In this document: one piece after another, positions 1 to 8,163 of the stretch
How positions within the stretch are numbered: position 1 is the first letter of the stretch
How the letters are laid out: the number at the start of each line of letters is the position of its first letter
Assembly (NCBI RefSeq): GCF_022376295.1
Contig: NZ_CP060140.1
Span: forward strand, 13,730 to 45,729
Direction: 5' to 3'
Source: Nodularia sphaerocarpa UHCC 0038
GTDB lineage: Bacteria; Cyanobacteriota; Cyanobacteriia; Cyanobacteriales; Nostocaceae
DNA: 32,000 bases
Notes under the pieces: generated by a model
The model's database searches: none
The model's input: the letters and a program-made list of their open reading frames with translations, nothing else
Told to the model about the DNA's origin: nothing
Made by a program: the position numbers and the translations under genes

Positions 1-1
1 C

Positions 2-550
2 GCTATCTATATCCAGATGGGTAAGCCGATAGTTTTCTCTCAACAGCGTCCTGGTAAAAAAGGCCGCATTTTCAATTGCTACAAATTTCGGACTATGACC
101 AACAAACGTAACCGTGATGGTCAATTATTGTCTGACAGTGAACGCATCACTAACTTAGGTAAGTTTTTACGCCAGACAAGCCTTGACGAACTACCACAAC
201 TCTGGAGTGTCCTCAAAGGTGATATGTCTTTCGTCGGACCTCGCCCTTTACTTGTTCAATATCTGCCTTATTATTCTGAAAAAGAGAGCCAACGTCATTT
301 AGTGCTTCCTGGAATTACGGGATTAGCGCAGGTCAAGGGACGAAATAAACTGTCCTGGAAAGAGATTTTGGCACTGGATATCCAGTATGTTGAGCAACAG
401 TCATTAGCTTTGGATCTTTATATTTTGTTCATGACTGTTTGGAAAGTAATTGCACGCAGTGATATTGATGTAGTCAACCAACTAGAAGATTTTGATCAGT
501 ATCGTAAAAAGCAGCTAGAAATATTTGACAAGAATAGTCAAATGATGTAG
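2..550 (+). CDS. Polyprenyl-phosphate sugar-phosphate transferase (bacterial sugar transferase, PglC / WbaP-C-terminal type); 5' end truncated by window edge
   Basis: ORF track lists 17..550, but the frame is open back to position 2 (AIYIQ precedes the listed Met). The N-terminal membrane helix therefore lies upstream of the window. Family hallmarks are present: [46 protein letters not shown]. Confidence 0.85.
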   Translation, partial: AIYIQMGKPIVFSQQRPGKKGRIFNCYKFRTMTNKRNRDGQLLSDSERITNLGKFLRQTSLDELPQLWSVLKGDMSFVGPRPLLVQYLPYYSEKESQRHLVLPGITGLAQVKGRNKLSWKEILALDIQYVEQQSLALDLYILFMTVWKVIARSDIDVVNQLEDFDQYRKKQLEIFDKNSQMM

Positions 551-648
551 AAACTTCTCTAATGCAGACAACATCCTCAGAAATCAGATATTTTTAAATC
601 TTTCTACACTCAATCTTTTTGCTAATTTTCACAATAAATAGGTGCAAA

Positions 649-1443
649 ATGCTAACTTTTATTATTCCTGTCAAGAGTCGCAAAGTCACCAAGTCATGGG
701 AAATCCTCTCTAAGTTATTTGAGCGCACTGTTAAGTCTGTCTGCAATCAAACTTCACCTAACTTTAGAGTTGTTGTAGTTTGTAATGAAAAGCCAAATAT
801 TCAATTTGAACATCCTCATGTTCATTATGTTGAGGTTGACTTTTTACCATTCGATATAGCAACCGCAGAAGAAAAACAATTAGAGGGCTATGCTTATGCT
901 GCTAGCTCAGATATCGCCAATAGAAACGCAGATAAAGCGCGAAGAATTTTAGTCGGTATAGATTATGCAAGTAAATTTGAACCGTCGCATATCATGGTTG
1001 TAGATGCCGATGATTGCGTTAATCGCTACTTAGCTGAGTATGTTCAGCAACATCAAAAGTGCGCTGGTTGGGTATTTAAAAAAGGATATATGTATCAAGA
1101 AAAAAGTAAATTCATATACCTGAATAGAAAAAATTTTCATCAAATATCTGGCACATCAATAATTATTAGGAGTGATTTAATCAATTTGCTGTTTACAAAA
1201 ACTACATTTTATAATCACTTGACGGATGACTCAAATCTTCAACCATTACCTTTTCCTGGCGCACTTTATAGTATGGGAAATGGTGAAAACATCTTAGCAA
1301 GTAATGCCATAATTTCACAAATGAAAAATGCGACTTTGAAAGGAGGGATTGTAAAAATCATCGAAAAAATATCTAAGTATAGAATATTATTTGTATCTCC
1401 AGCAATCACCAATGATTTTGGTTTGTATAATCTAAGTTTTTGA
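649..1443 (+). CDS. Glycosyltransferase, GT-A fold (family 2-like)
   Basis: ORF 619..1443 starts at TTG. I prefer ATG 649, which has AGGTG 5 nt upstream and gives MLTFIIPVKSR, a typical GT-A N-terminal strand. An acidic DxD-type motif (VVDADD) lies mid-protein. The gene sits inside a polysaccharide locus. Confidence 0.65.
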   Translation: MLTFIIPVKSRKVTKSWEILSKLFERTVKSVCNQTSPNFRVVVVCNEKPNIQFEHPHVHYVEVDFLPFDIATAEEKQLEGYAYAASSDIANRNADKARRILVGIDYASKFEPSHIMVVDADDCVNRYLAEYVQQHQKCAGWVFKKGYMYQEKSKFIYLNRKNFHQISGTSIIIRSDLINLLFTKTTFYNHLTDDSNLQPLPFPGALYSMGNGENILASNAIISQMKNATLKGGIVKIIEKISKYRILFVSPAITNDFGLYNLSF

Positions 1444-1471
1444 AAAACATACAAATGGATATTTGGGAATT

Positions 1472-2719
1472 ATGAATATGTCACTTTCTTGGGAAACGCT
1501 TCACCGCTTAGAAGAAGAATATGGAGATTCTTTTTTCATTTTAGATATCAGACAATTTGAAAATAACTATCAAGATTTTCTCCAGAGTTTTCGCTCAATT
1601 TATCCCAAGACCAATCTAGGTTATTCTTATAAAACTAATTACATTCCTAAGTTATGCCAAAGTGTGCATTCTATGGGAGGGTATGCAGAAGTTGTTTCCC
1701 AAATGGAGTATGATTTAGCGATCGCCATTGGTGTCTCTCCATCCCGAATTATCTTTAATGGCCCTTTAAAATATGCAGAAGACATTGAAAAAGCCATATT
1801 ATCTGGCTCTCTAATTAATTTAGATTCTTTAGAAGAAGTTGAAATAGTCGAATCATTGGCAAAAAAATTGCCAGACAGAGAGATTGCGGTAGGACTGAGA
1901 TGCAACTTTGATGTGGGTGCAAATCGGATATCTAGATTTGGATTTGATGTAGAAGGAGGCGCATTAGATAATGTTTTTAAGGTATTCAAAGAATTAAATA
2001 ATTGTTCTGTACAGGGCTTACATTGTCACATTTCCACATCAACAAGAAGTCTAGAATCTTATTCCTTACGCACTCAGAAAATTTTAGAACTTAGCGATTA
2101 TTACTTTCAGGAGCAACAACCGAGATTTATTGATATTGGAGGTGGTTTTTTTGGCAAGATGAATGACGATTTAAAGGCACAATTTGACGATTATATTCCC
2201 AGTTATCAGGAATATGCACAAGCGATCGCGCCCCTATTAAGAAGTAGGTTTCCTGATGATTCGGCTCCAGAACTAATAATTGAGCCTGGCGTAGCTATTG
2301 TTGCAGATGTACTCAAGTTTATTGCCAAAGTAGTTAGTCTAAAAACAGTCAAATCGCGCCAAATTGCTTTGGTTGTCGGGAGCATCCACAATGTTAAACC
2401 AACTCTAACTGACAAAAAACTGTCATTACGTGTTTATAAAAATGAAGTGAATTTCGAGTGTAAAAAGCTAAATCCTCCCATTGATTTAGTAGGATATACT
2501 TGCATGGAACACGATTGTTTATACAAAGATTATCCTGAAGAAATAGGAATAGGAGATTATCTATATTTTGATAACATAGGTGCATATACCGTGGTATTTA
2601 AACCACCATTTATTCGTCCTAATCCTCCTATTATTAGCTATGATTCTCGCCAGAATGAGTATACCCTCATTAGAAGAAGAGAAACTTCCCAAGATGTGTT
2701 TTCAACTTATGTCATATAA
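1472..2719 (+). CDS. PLP-dependent decarboxylase, Orn/DAP/Arg decarboxylase family (alanine-racemase fold)
   Basis: ORF 1463..2719 (TTG); the first ATG is at 1472. Motifs: GYSYKTNY (PLP-lysine context), DIGGGFFG glycine loop, IIEPGVAIVA, YTCMEHD. Length of about 415 aa fits the family. Confidence 0.8.
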   Translation: MNMSLSWETLHRLEEEYGDSFFILDIRQFENNYQDFLQSFRSIYPKTNLGYSYKTNYIPKLCQSVHSMGGYAEVVSQMEYDLAIAIGVSPSRIIFNGPLKYAEDIEKAILSGSLINLDSLEEVEIVESLAKKLPDREIAVGLRCNFDVGANRISRFGFDVEGGALDNVFKVFKELNNCSVQGLHCHISTSTRSLESYSLRTQKILELSDYYFQEQQPRFIDIGGGFFGKMNDDLKAQFDDYIPSYQEYAQAIAPLLRSRFPDDSAPELIIEPGVAIVADVLKFIAKVVSLKTVKSRQIALVVGSIHNVKPTLTDKKLSLRVYKNEVNFECKKLNPPIDLVGYTCMEHDCLYKDYPEEIGIGDYLYFDNIGAYTVVFKPPFIRPNPPIISYDSRQNEYTLIRRRETSQDVFSTYVI

Positions 2720-2730
2720 AAGGTAAAGCT

Positions 2731-3771
2731 ATGAATATTCTGTTAACTTGTGCAGGAAGGCGGAACTATCTTGTAAACTTCTTTCAAGAAGCTTTAGGAA
2801 ATCGTGGATATGTATTGGCTGGTGATGCTATTTCAGAAGCTCCCGCACTTCAAGAAGCCGATGAAAGTTTTTTATTACCATCTGTAAATCACCATGACTA
2901 CTTTGATAAATTACTTTATATCTGCCAAGAAAACCAGATTCGTTTGTTGATACCGCTAAATGATTTGGAATTACCACTTTTAGCTAGACAACGTGAGCGC
3001 TTTCTTAAAATAGGAACTATCCCAGTTATTTCTTCCCCAAAAGTGATTGATATTTGTTTTGATAAGTGGGCGACTTGTGAATTTTTAAATAACTTGGGAA
3101 TTTCTGTTCCTAAAACATATCTTTCTGTTAAACAGGCAAGAGCAGCAATACAGCATGGAGAAATATGCTTTCCCTTAGTCGTAAAACCTCGTTGGGGAAG
3201 TGCATCTATAGGTATTGAATATCCAGAAGATGATGAAGATTTGGAGTTAGCATATCGCTTTGTCAATAAGTCTCTAAATAAATCATTTTTAGCAGGTATC
3301 AGTTCTACAGATCCTGAGCAATGTATTTTGATTCAAGAAAAGGTAATTGGGCAAGAATATGGTTTGGATATTGTGAACAATTTAGAAGGAACTCATATTA
3401 CTACCTTTGTTAAACGCAAGTTGGCGATGCGAGCCGGAGAGACAGATAAGGCGGTAACAGTTGAGCATGAGGATTTGAGAAAACTAGGTGCAACAATAGG
3501 TGAAAATATCGGACATATTGGCAACCTTGACTGTGATGTAATTATCAGTGAAAAAGGTGCGCGGGTGTTGGAAATGAACCCCCGTTTTGGTGGTGGTTAC
3601 CCATTCTCGCAAATAGCAGGGGCAAATTTACCAGCAGCATTGATTGCTTGGGCGAATGGGGAAACTCCGAAGGAGCAATGGCTAAAAGTTCAAAATAATA
3701 TTATCAGTGCTAAATGCGATCGCCTTGTCAACATCACGAGCAAATCTATTTCCTCAAATGCAGATGAATAA
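2731..3771 (+). CDS. ATP-grasp domain ligase (carboxylate-amine ligase type)
   Basis: 346-aa ORF starting 11 nt after the decarboxylase stop. N-terminus MNILLTCAGRRNYLV. Central PLVVKPRWGSASIGI nucleotide-binding strand. C-terminal LEMNPRFGGGYP motif, typical of ATP-grasp enzymes. Confidence 0.75.
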   Translation: MNILLTCAGRRNYLVNFFQEALGNRGYVLAGDAISEAPALQEADESFLLPSVNHHDYFDKLLYICQENQIRLLIPLNDLELPLLARQRERFLKIGTIPVISSPKVIDICFDKWATCEFLNNLGISVPKTYLSVKQARAAIQHGEICFPLVVKPRWGSASIGIEYPEDDEDLELAYRFVNKSLNKSFLAGISSTDPEQCILIQEKVIGQEYGLDIVNNLEGTHITTFVKRKLAMRAGETDKAVTVEHEDLRKLGATIGENIGHIGNLDCDVIISEKGARVLEMNPRFGGGYPFSQIAGANLPAALIAWANGETPKEQWLKVQNNIISAKCDRLVNITSKSISSNADE

Positions 3772-4894
3772 ACCAATTCTCCTCTCAACCCCACACATAG
3801 GAAACCAAGAATTACAATTCGTCAAAGAAGCATTTGATACTAACTGGATTGCCCCTGTTGGTCCCCATGTCGATGCTTTTGAGCAAGAATTTTGTCAACT
3901 CACTGGGGCGGGCTATGGTGCGGCTGTCAGTTCTGGTACAGCTGCTTTGCATTTAGCTTTGCAATTAGTGGGTGTGGAATCGGGGGATGAGGTTTTTTGC
4001 TCTACCCTGACCTTTGTCGCTACCGCTAATCCGATTATCTACTTAGGGGCTAAACCAGTATTTATTGATAGCGATCGCACCTCCTGGAACATGAATCCTG
4101 AATTGTTGCAGTTAGCACTAGAAAATCGCGCACATTCAGGTAAATTACCGAAAGCAGTTGTGCTGGTACATTTGTATGGTCAAAGTGCAGATATCGATCC
4201 CATCTTGAAAATTTGTGATCAATATGACATTCCCTTAATTGAAGACGCAGCCGAAGCTTTAGGTGCAACCTACAAAGGGCGATCGCCTGGAACTTTTGGA
4301 CGTATTGGCATTTACTCCTTCAATGGTAATAAAATCATCACCACCTCTGGGGGCGGAATGTTAGTTGCCGATGATCCTCAATTAGTAGCAAAAGCTCGTT
4401 TTCTTGCCACCCAAGCCCGTGATCCTGCCCCCCATTACCAACACTCAGAAATCGGTTATAACTATCGTCTGAGCAACATTTTAGCTGGTATTGGTCGCGG
4501 TCAATTGCAGGTTTTGAGTGAGCGAGTAGCAGCTAGACGACGCAACTTTGAAATTTATGCTGCTGCTTTAGGAAATCTGCCAGGGATAGAATTTATGCCA
4601 GAAGTGAATTATGGACAAGCCACGCGCTGGCTAACCTGTTTGACAATAAATCCCCAAGCTTTTGGGGCAGACAGAGAACAAATCCGCATCGCACTTGCCG
4701 CCAAGCAAATTGAAGCGCGTCCTGTGTGGAAACCTTTACACCTCCAACCTGTGTTTGCTGAGTGTGAATGTATTGGAGGTGCAATAGCAGAAGATTTATT
4801 TATACATGGTCTTTGCTTGCCTTCTGGATCTAATTTGACAGATGAAGATTTAGCAAGAGTCATTGATGAAATTACAACTATTCACCATAAATAA
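3758..4894 (+). CDS. DegT/DnrJ/EryC1/StrS-family PLP-dependent sugar aminotransferase
   Basis: ORF 3707..4894. The likely start is ATG 3758 (MQMNKPILLSTPHIG), overlapping the ATP-grasp stop (3769-3771) by 14 nt. Motifs: SSGTAALHLAL, DAAEALG, FNGNKIITTSGGGML (PLP lysine), GYNYRLSNILAGIG. Confidence 0.85.
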   Translation: MQMNKPILLSTPHIGNQELQFVKEAFDTNWIAPVGPHVDAFEQEFCQLTGAGYGAAVSSGTAALHLALQLVGVESGDEVFCSTLTFVATANPIIYLGAKPVFIDSDRTSWNMNPELLQLALENRAHSGKLPKAVVLVHLYGQSADIDPILKICDQYDIPLIEDAAEALGATYKGRSPGTFGRIGIYSFNGNKIITTSGGGMLVADDPQLVAKARFLATQARDPAPHYQHSEIGYNYRLSNILAGIGRGQLQVLSERVAARRRNFEIYAAALGNLPGIEFMPEVNYGQATRWLTCLTINPQAFGADREQIRIALAAKQIEARPVWKPLHLQPVFAECECIGGAIAEDLFIHGLCLPSGSNLTDEDLARVIDEITTIHHK

Positions 4895-5038
4895 ATCCCA
4901 AAATACATTTCTATATCTATGGTTCAATAGTCAATTTATTTAAAGAATGACAAAATTTATCTGGATTTATTAATTATCCCCTAGCAGTCAAGTAGGGAAA
5001 GATGAATAAACCAAACTATGTTACGACTAACAAGACCG

Positions 5039-5102
5039 AAACCCTTACTAATGACAAATCACGACCCTAGCTAGTTAACTTTATTTCCACCGACCTACTT
5101 AA
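5039..5102 (+). repeat. Dispersed repeat, copy A (AAACCCTTAC..AATGACAAAT..GACCCTAGCTAGTTAACTTTATTT..CCGACCTACTTAA)
   Basis: Near-identical flanks recur at 20981..21079 in the same orientation. Copy A carries about 1-2 AATGAC(A/C) heptamer units where copy B carries 7. It contains the palindromes CTAGCTAG and GTTAAC and ends 17 nt before the wzc-like ATG. Confidence 0.8.
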
Positions 5103-5118
5103 CAAAAGCTCTTTTCCT

Positions 5119-7293
5119 ATGGAAGTACATGAATCTTCAACAACACTAGAAAAATATTGGCAAATACTAAAACGACGTGGGATGCCAGCTATACTCATGT
5201 TCTGCTCTGTTTTATTTTTAGCCCAATTTGCCGCATCTTTAAAAAAACCTACTTATGTCTCAGAAGGGAAGTTACGCTTTCGCAGGACTAATACAACTTC
5301 TTCCCTGACAGGATTAGGAACAGAAATAGGTAAATTAGATCCCATAATCGCACAAAGTAATCCCTTAACTACGGAAGCCGAAGTCATACGTTCTGTTCCA
5401 GTTATACAAAGAACTATCAGCCAAATTAACCTTAAAGATAATCAAGGTAATCTCTTAACAACCAAGGAATTTCTCCAAGGAATGACAGTCAGAGAAGTTA
5501 GAGGAGCCGATGTTTTACAAATATCTTATAAAGATATCGATCCCCAAATATCTGCCAAGGTTGTGAATACTTTAATGGCAGTTTATTTAGAGGAAAATAT
5601 AGCTTCACTCAGAGCCGAAACAGTCGCAGCTAGCAAGTTTATAGAAAAACAAGTTCCTATGGCAGAATTAGTTGTTCGACGAGCAGAAGCAGATTTAGCC
5701 AACTTTAAACAAAAAAATCAAGTTATTACCTTAGAAGAGGAAGGAATTAAAGCAGTAGAAATCCTTGCCGATTTACAAAAGCAAATCAATACAACTCAGT
5801 CGCAAATTGCTAATGTTGATTCACAGTCTCAAGCACTCCGCCAGCAGTTGGGGATGAACTCCCAACAAGCCGTGACGACAACTTCTCTCAACCAAATTCC
5901 CGGAGTTCAAAACCTGCTCACAGAAATTCAACAATTAGAGTCACAACTTATAGACAGACGCACTGTTTTGCAAGATACTCATCCACAAATCATCGATTTA
6001 GAAGATAAGTTAAATTCCTTAAATAAGCTACTAGAACAACGCATACAACAAGTTACAAGAACGAATACACCACAACCAGTGAATACAAACTTTCAACTGG
6101 GAGAATTACAACAACAAACATCTGCTAGACTTGCAGAATTAGAGTCAACCCGTCAGGGTTTAGAAAGTCAGGCAGCGGCTTTATTCAAATCACAAGTTGA
6201 TTATCAGCTACGACTGAATAATATGCCGAAATTAGAGCAACAACAACGTCAGTTAGAACGTAAAGTACAAGCAGCCCAATCTACTTACTTATTGATGCTA
6301 CAGAGGCTACAAGAAAGCCGCATCGCTGAAAATCAAAATGTCGGCAATGCTAATATCATATCCCCAGCCGAACCTCCCGAACAGCCAGTTTCTTCAGCTA
6401 TGGTTTCGTACTTAAGTGCAGCTCTGTTAGCCTTTCTGGCTGCTTTAGCAACTGTGTATATATTAGAAACTAGAGATAAATCAATTAAAACGGTGGATGA
6501 GGCTAAGGAATTATTGGGATTGACTGTATTAGGCATGATTCCTTTCTTCAACACAGCTAAAAAGACTTTTCTTCGTCCAGAAGAACCGGAGTTATATTAC
6601 CAAAGGCTTGTAGTTCGGGATTTTCCCCGTTCTTCTATTAGTGAAGCTTACCGAATGCTGCGGGCTAATCTCACATTTATAAGTGCTGATAAAGAACTAA
6701 AAGTTACAGTTATTACTAGTTCTGTATCTTCTGAGGGGAAGTCAACTGTCGCTGCTAATTTAGCTGTAGCTGTTGCCCAAATGGAAAGTAAAGTCTTACT
6801 CATAGACGCAGATTTACATCATCCAGTCCAACATAAAATCTGGAAATTAACTAATAATCAAGGTTTAAGTAATTTAATTGTGGGACAGTCGGAAGTTAGC
6901 ATAGCTGTCAAAAAAGTTATGGATAATTTAGATGTCCTCACTTCTGGCAGTTTACCTCCTAGTCCAGCATCTTTGTTGGACTCGAAAAAAATGGCAATGT
7001 TAATAGAAAATTTTGCAGATAATTATGATTTCGTGATTATTGATACTCCTTCATTAAATGTTGCTGCTGATGCTGCTACTCTCGGTCAAATGGCTGATGG
7101 TGTTTTTTTGGTAGTTCGTCCTGAGGTAGTAAATGCCGTCAATGCAACTTTTGCTAAAGAGGTTTTGGAAAAATCTGGACAGAACATACTAGGACAGATA
7201 GTCAATGGTGTGATTCCTCAAAATGAACTCCACAACTATTACTACGTCCCGCAAAAAGAACACTCAGAGCAAACGCAACTGATTTCTTCATAA
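5119..7293 (+). CDS. Polysaccharide co-polymerase / tyrosine autokinase (Wzc / GumC-type, fused chain-length-determinant and BY-kinase domains)
   Basis: 724-aa ORF. It has an N-terminal TM segment, a long coiled-coil periplasmic region, and a second TM segment (AALLAFLAALATVYIL). The C-terminal P-loop domain has Walker A SSEGKST, Walker A' LLIDADL and Walker B FVIIDTPS, plus a terminal Tyr cluster HNYYYVPQ. Confidence 0.85.
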   Translation: MEVHESSTTLEKYWQILKRRGMPAILMFCSVLFLAQFAASLKKPTYVSEGKLRFRRTNTTSSLTGLGTEIGKLDPIIAQSNPLTTEAEVIRSVPVIQRTISQINLKDNQGNLLTTKEFLQGMTVREVRGADVLQISYKDIDPQISAKVVNTLMAVYLEENIASLRAETVAASKFIEKQVPMAELVVRRAEADLANFKQKNQVITLEEEGIKAVEILADLQKQINTTQSQIANVDSQSQALRQQLGMNSQQAVTTTSLNQIPGVQNLLTEIQQLESQLIDRRTVLQDTHPQIIDLEDKLNSLNKLLEQRIQQVTRTNTPQPVNTNFQLGELQQQTSARLAELESTRQGLESQAAALFKSQVDYQLRLNNMPKLEQQQRQLERKVQAAQSTYLLMLQRLQESRIAENQNVGNANIISPAEPPEQPVSSAMVSYLSAALLAFLAALATVYILETRDKSIKTVDEAKELLGLTVLGMIPFFNTAKKTFLRPEEPELYYQRLVVRDFPRSSISEAYRMLRANLTFISADKELKVTVITSSVSSEGKSTVAANLAVAVAQMESKVLLIDADLHHPVQHKIWKLTNNQGLSNLIVGQSEVSIAVKKVMDNLDVLTSGSLPPSPASLLDSKKMAMLIENFADNYDFVIIDTPSLNVAADAATLGQMADGVFLVVRPEVVNAVNATFAKEVLEKSGQNILGQIVNGVIPQNELHNYYYVPQKEHSEQTQLISS

Positions 7294-7317
7294 AAATTGC
7301 ATAATTTTAAATTCATC

Positions 7318-7986
7318 TGTGGAAAAACTCACTTTTCACGGGATATGGAAAAACCAATGGGAAACCTAACCCCCTAGCCCCCTTCCCTGATAGGGAAGGG
7401 GGAAAATTCAAAGCCTTTACCCTTGTAGGGTAGAGGAATAAAAGCGAGGTTTTTCAGATCCCGTGAAAAATCAGGTGGAAAAAGCATCATTTTTTGGGGA
7501 AAATTTCAGTCATTTATGATCACTCTGTGGAAAAAGGAGCGGAGTTTTCCACAAGTTTTCCACATTTTCCACAATTTATCTCAAGATTTATGATTTGATT
7601 TCTGCCCTACGCCACTGGTTACTTCCATGAGTTAGGCGCTCTATATTCTGTTAAAATTGGTACATGGCGAAAACCAAGCTCAACTGAACCACGACAACTA
7701 AAAATATGGGGTTTCACTAGGAAATAGATACTTTTGTATCGCTCGTCTAGTGGATAAAATCTTTCAGGTACATAGGTTAAGCATCCAAAACTATTTAGGT
7801 ACTTGTTTAAAGTCGCCGTCGGTGCTATGGAGACTTGAAAAACCCCTGTGGAGAACTTGTAAGAGCTAGCTAGAGCAATTCAGGCAGAAATCAATGAAGC
7901 ACCGAATCGCGTGACGAATAGTCATGAAAGGTTCAAATCAAAGAAACAACCCAGTCCGCAGCTTTTTGCACTGAGCTTGTGGAAGT
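7318..7986. promoter_or_regulatory. Putative chromosomal replication origin (oriC): DnaA-box cluster upstream of dnaN
   Basis: Five perfect TTTTCCACA/TGTGGAAAA 9-mers: 7318-7326, 7526-7534 and a triple tandem at 7545-7553, 7556-7564, 7565-7573. One-mismatch copies: 7344-7352, 7474-7482, 7495-7503, 7847-7855. Weaker copies: 7749-7757 (AGTGGATAA) and 7978-7986. The ORF track lists no ORF (its shortest entry is 60 aa) anywhere in 7294-8163. An AT-rich stretch follows the triple box, and dnaN is immediately downstream. Confidence 0.65.
7333..7469. repeat. 137-bp element bounded by 12-bp perfect inverted repeats (MITE-like), containing a G/C hairpin
   Basis: TTTTCACGGGAT (7333-7344) is the exact reverse complement of ATCCCGTGAAAA (7458-7469). 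The interior holds CCCCTTCCCT-GATA-AGGGAAGGGG. No coding capacity. Confidence 0.45.
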
Positions 7987-8080
7987 TTCCCCAGTCCCGG
8001 TGTCAATGTATTTTGGATTTTGGAGAAAGCGATCTTCGTAGCGTAACCAGCGCAGCGAGTATTTTAGATTGGAGTTCAAT

Positions 8081-8150
8081 CTAAAATCTAAAATCTAAAA
8101 TCTAAAATCCAAAATCTAAAATCTAAAATCTAAAATCTAAAATCTAAAAT
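8081..8150 (+). repeat. Heptanucleotide tandem array (CTAAAAT)x10, STRR-like
   Basis: Ten contiguous 7-nt units with one variant (CCAAAAT at 8109). The array ends 13 nt before the dnaN ATG. ATTTTAGATT at 8061-8070 is the exact complement of 8078-8087, giving a 10-bp stem with a 7-nt loop. Confidence 0.95.
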
Positions 8151-8163
8151 TCCCTAGTCCGTT

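Noticed and set aside
3707-3757. Upstream extension of the aminotransferase ORF (MLNAIALSTSRANLFPQ).
   Set aside because: It lies wholly inside the ATP-grasp coding region. DegT-family proteins normally begin close to the ...ILLSTPHIG segment, which follows ATG 3758.
8081-8150. Tandem array considered as a possible CRISPR array. The arrays at 20992-21040 and 30477-30504 were considered too.
   Set aside because: The period is 7 nt with no spacers, and no cas genes are present. These are STRR-type microsatellites.
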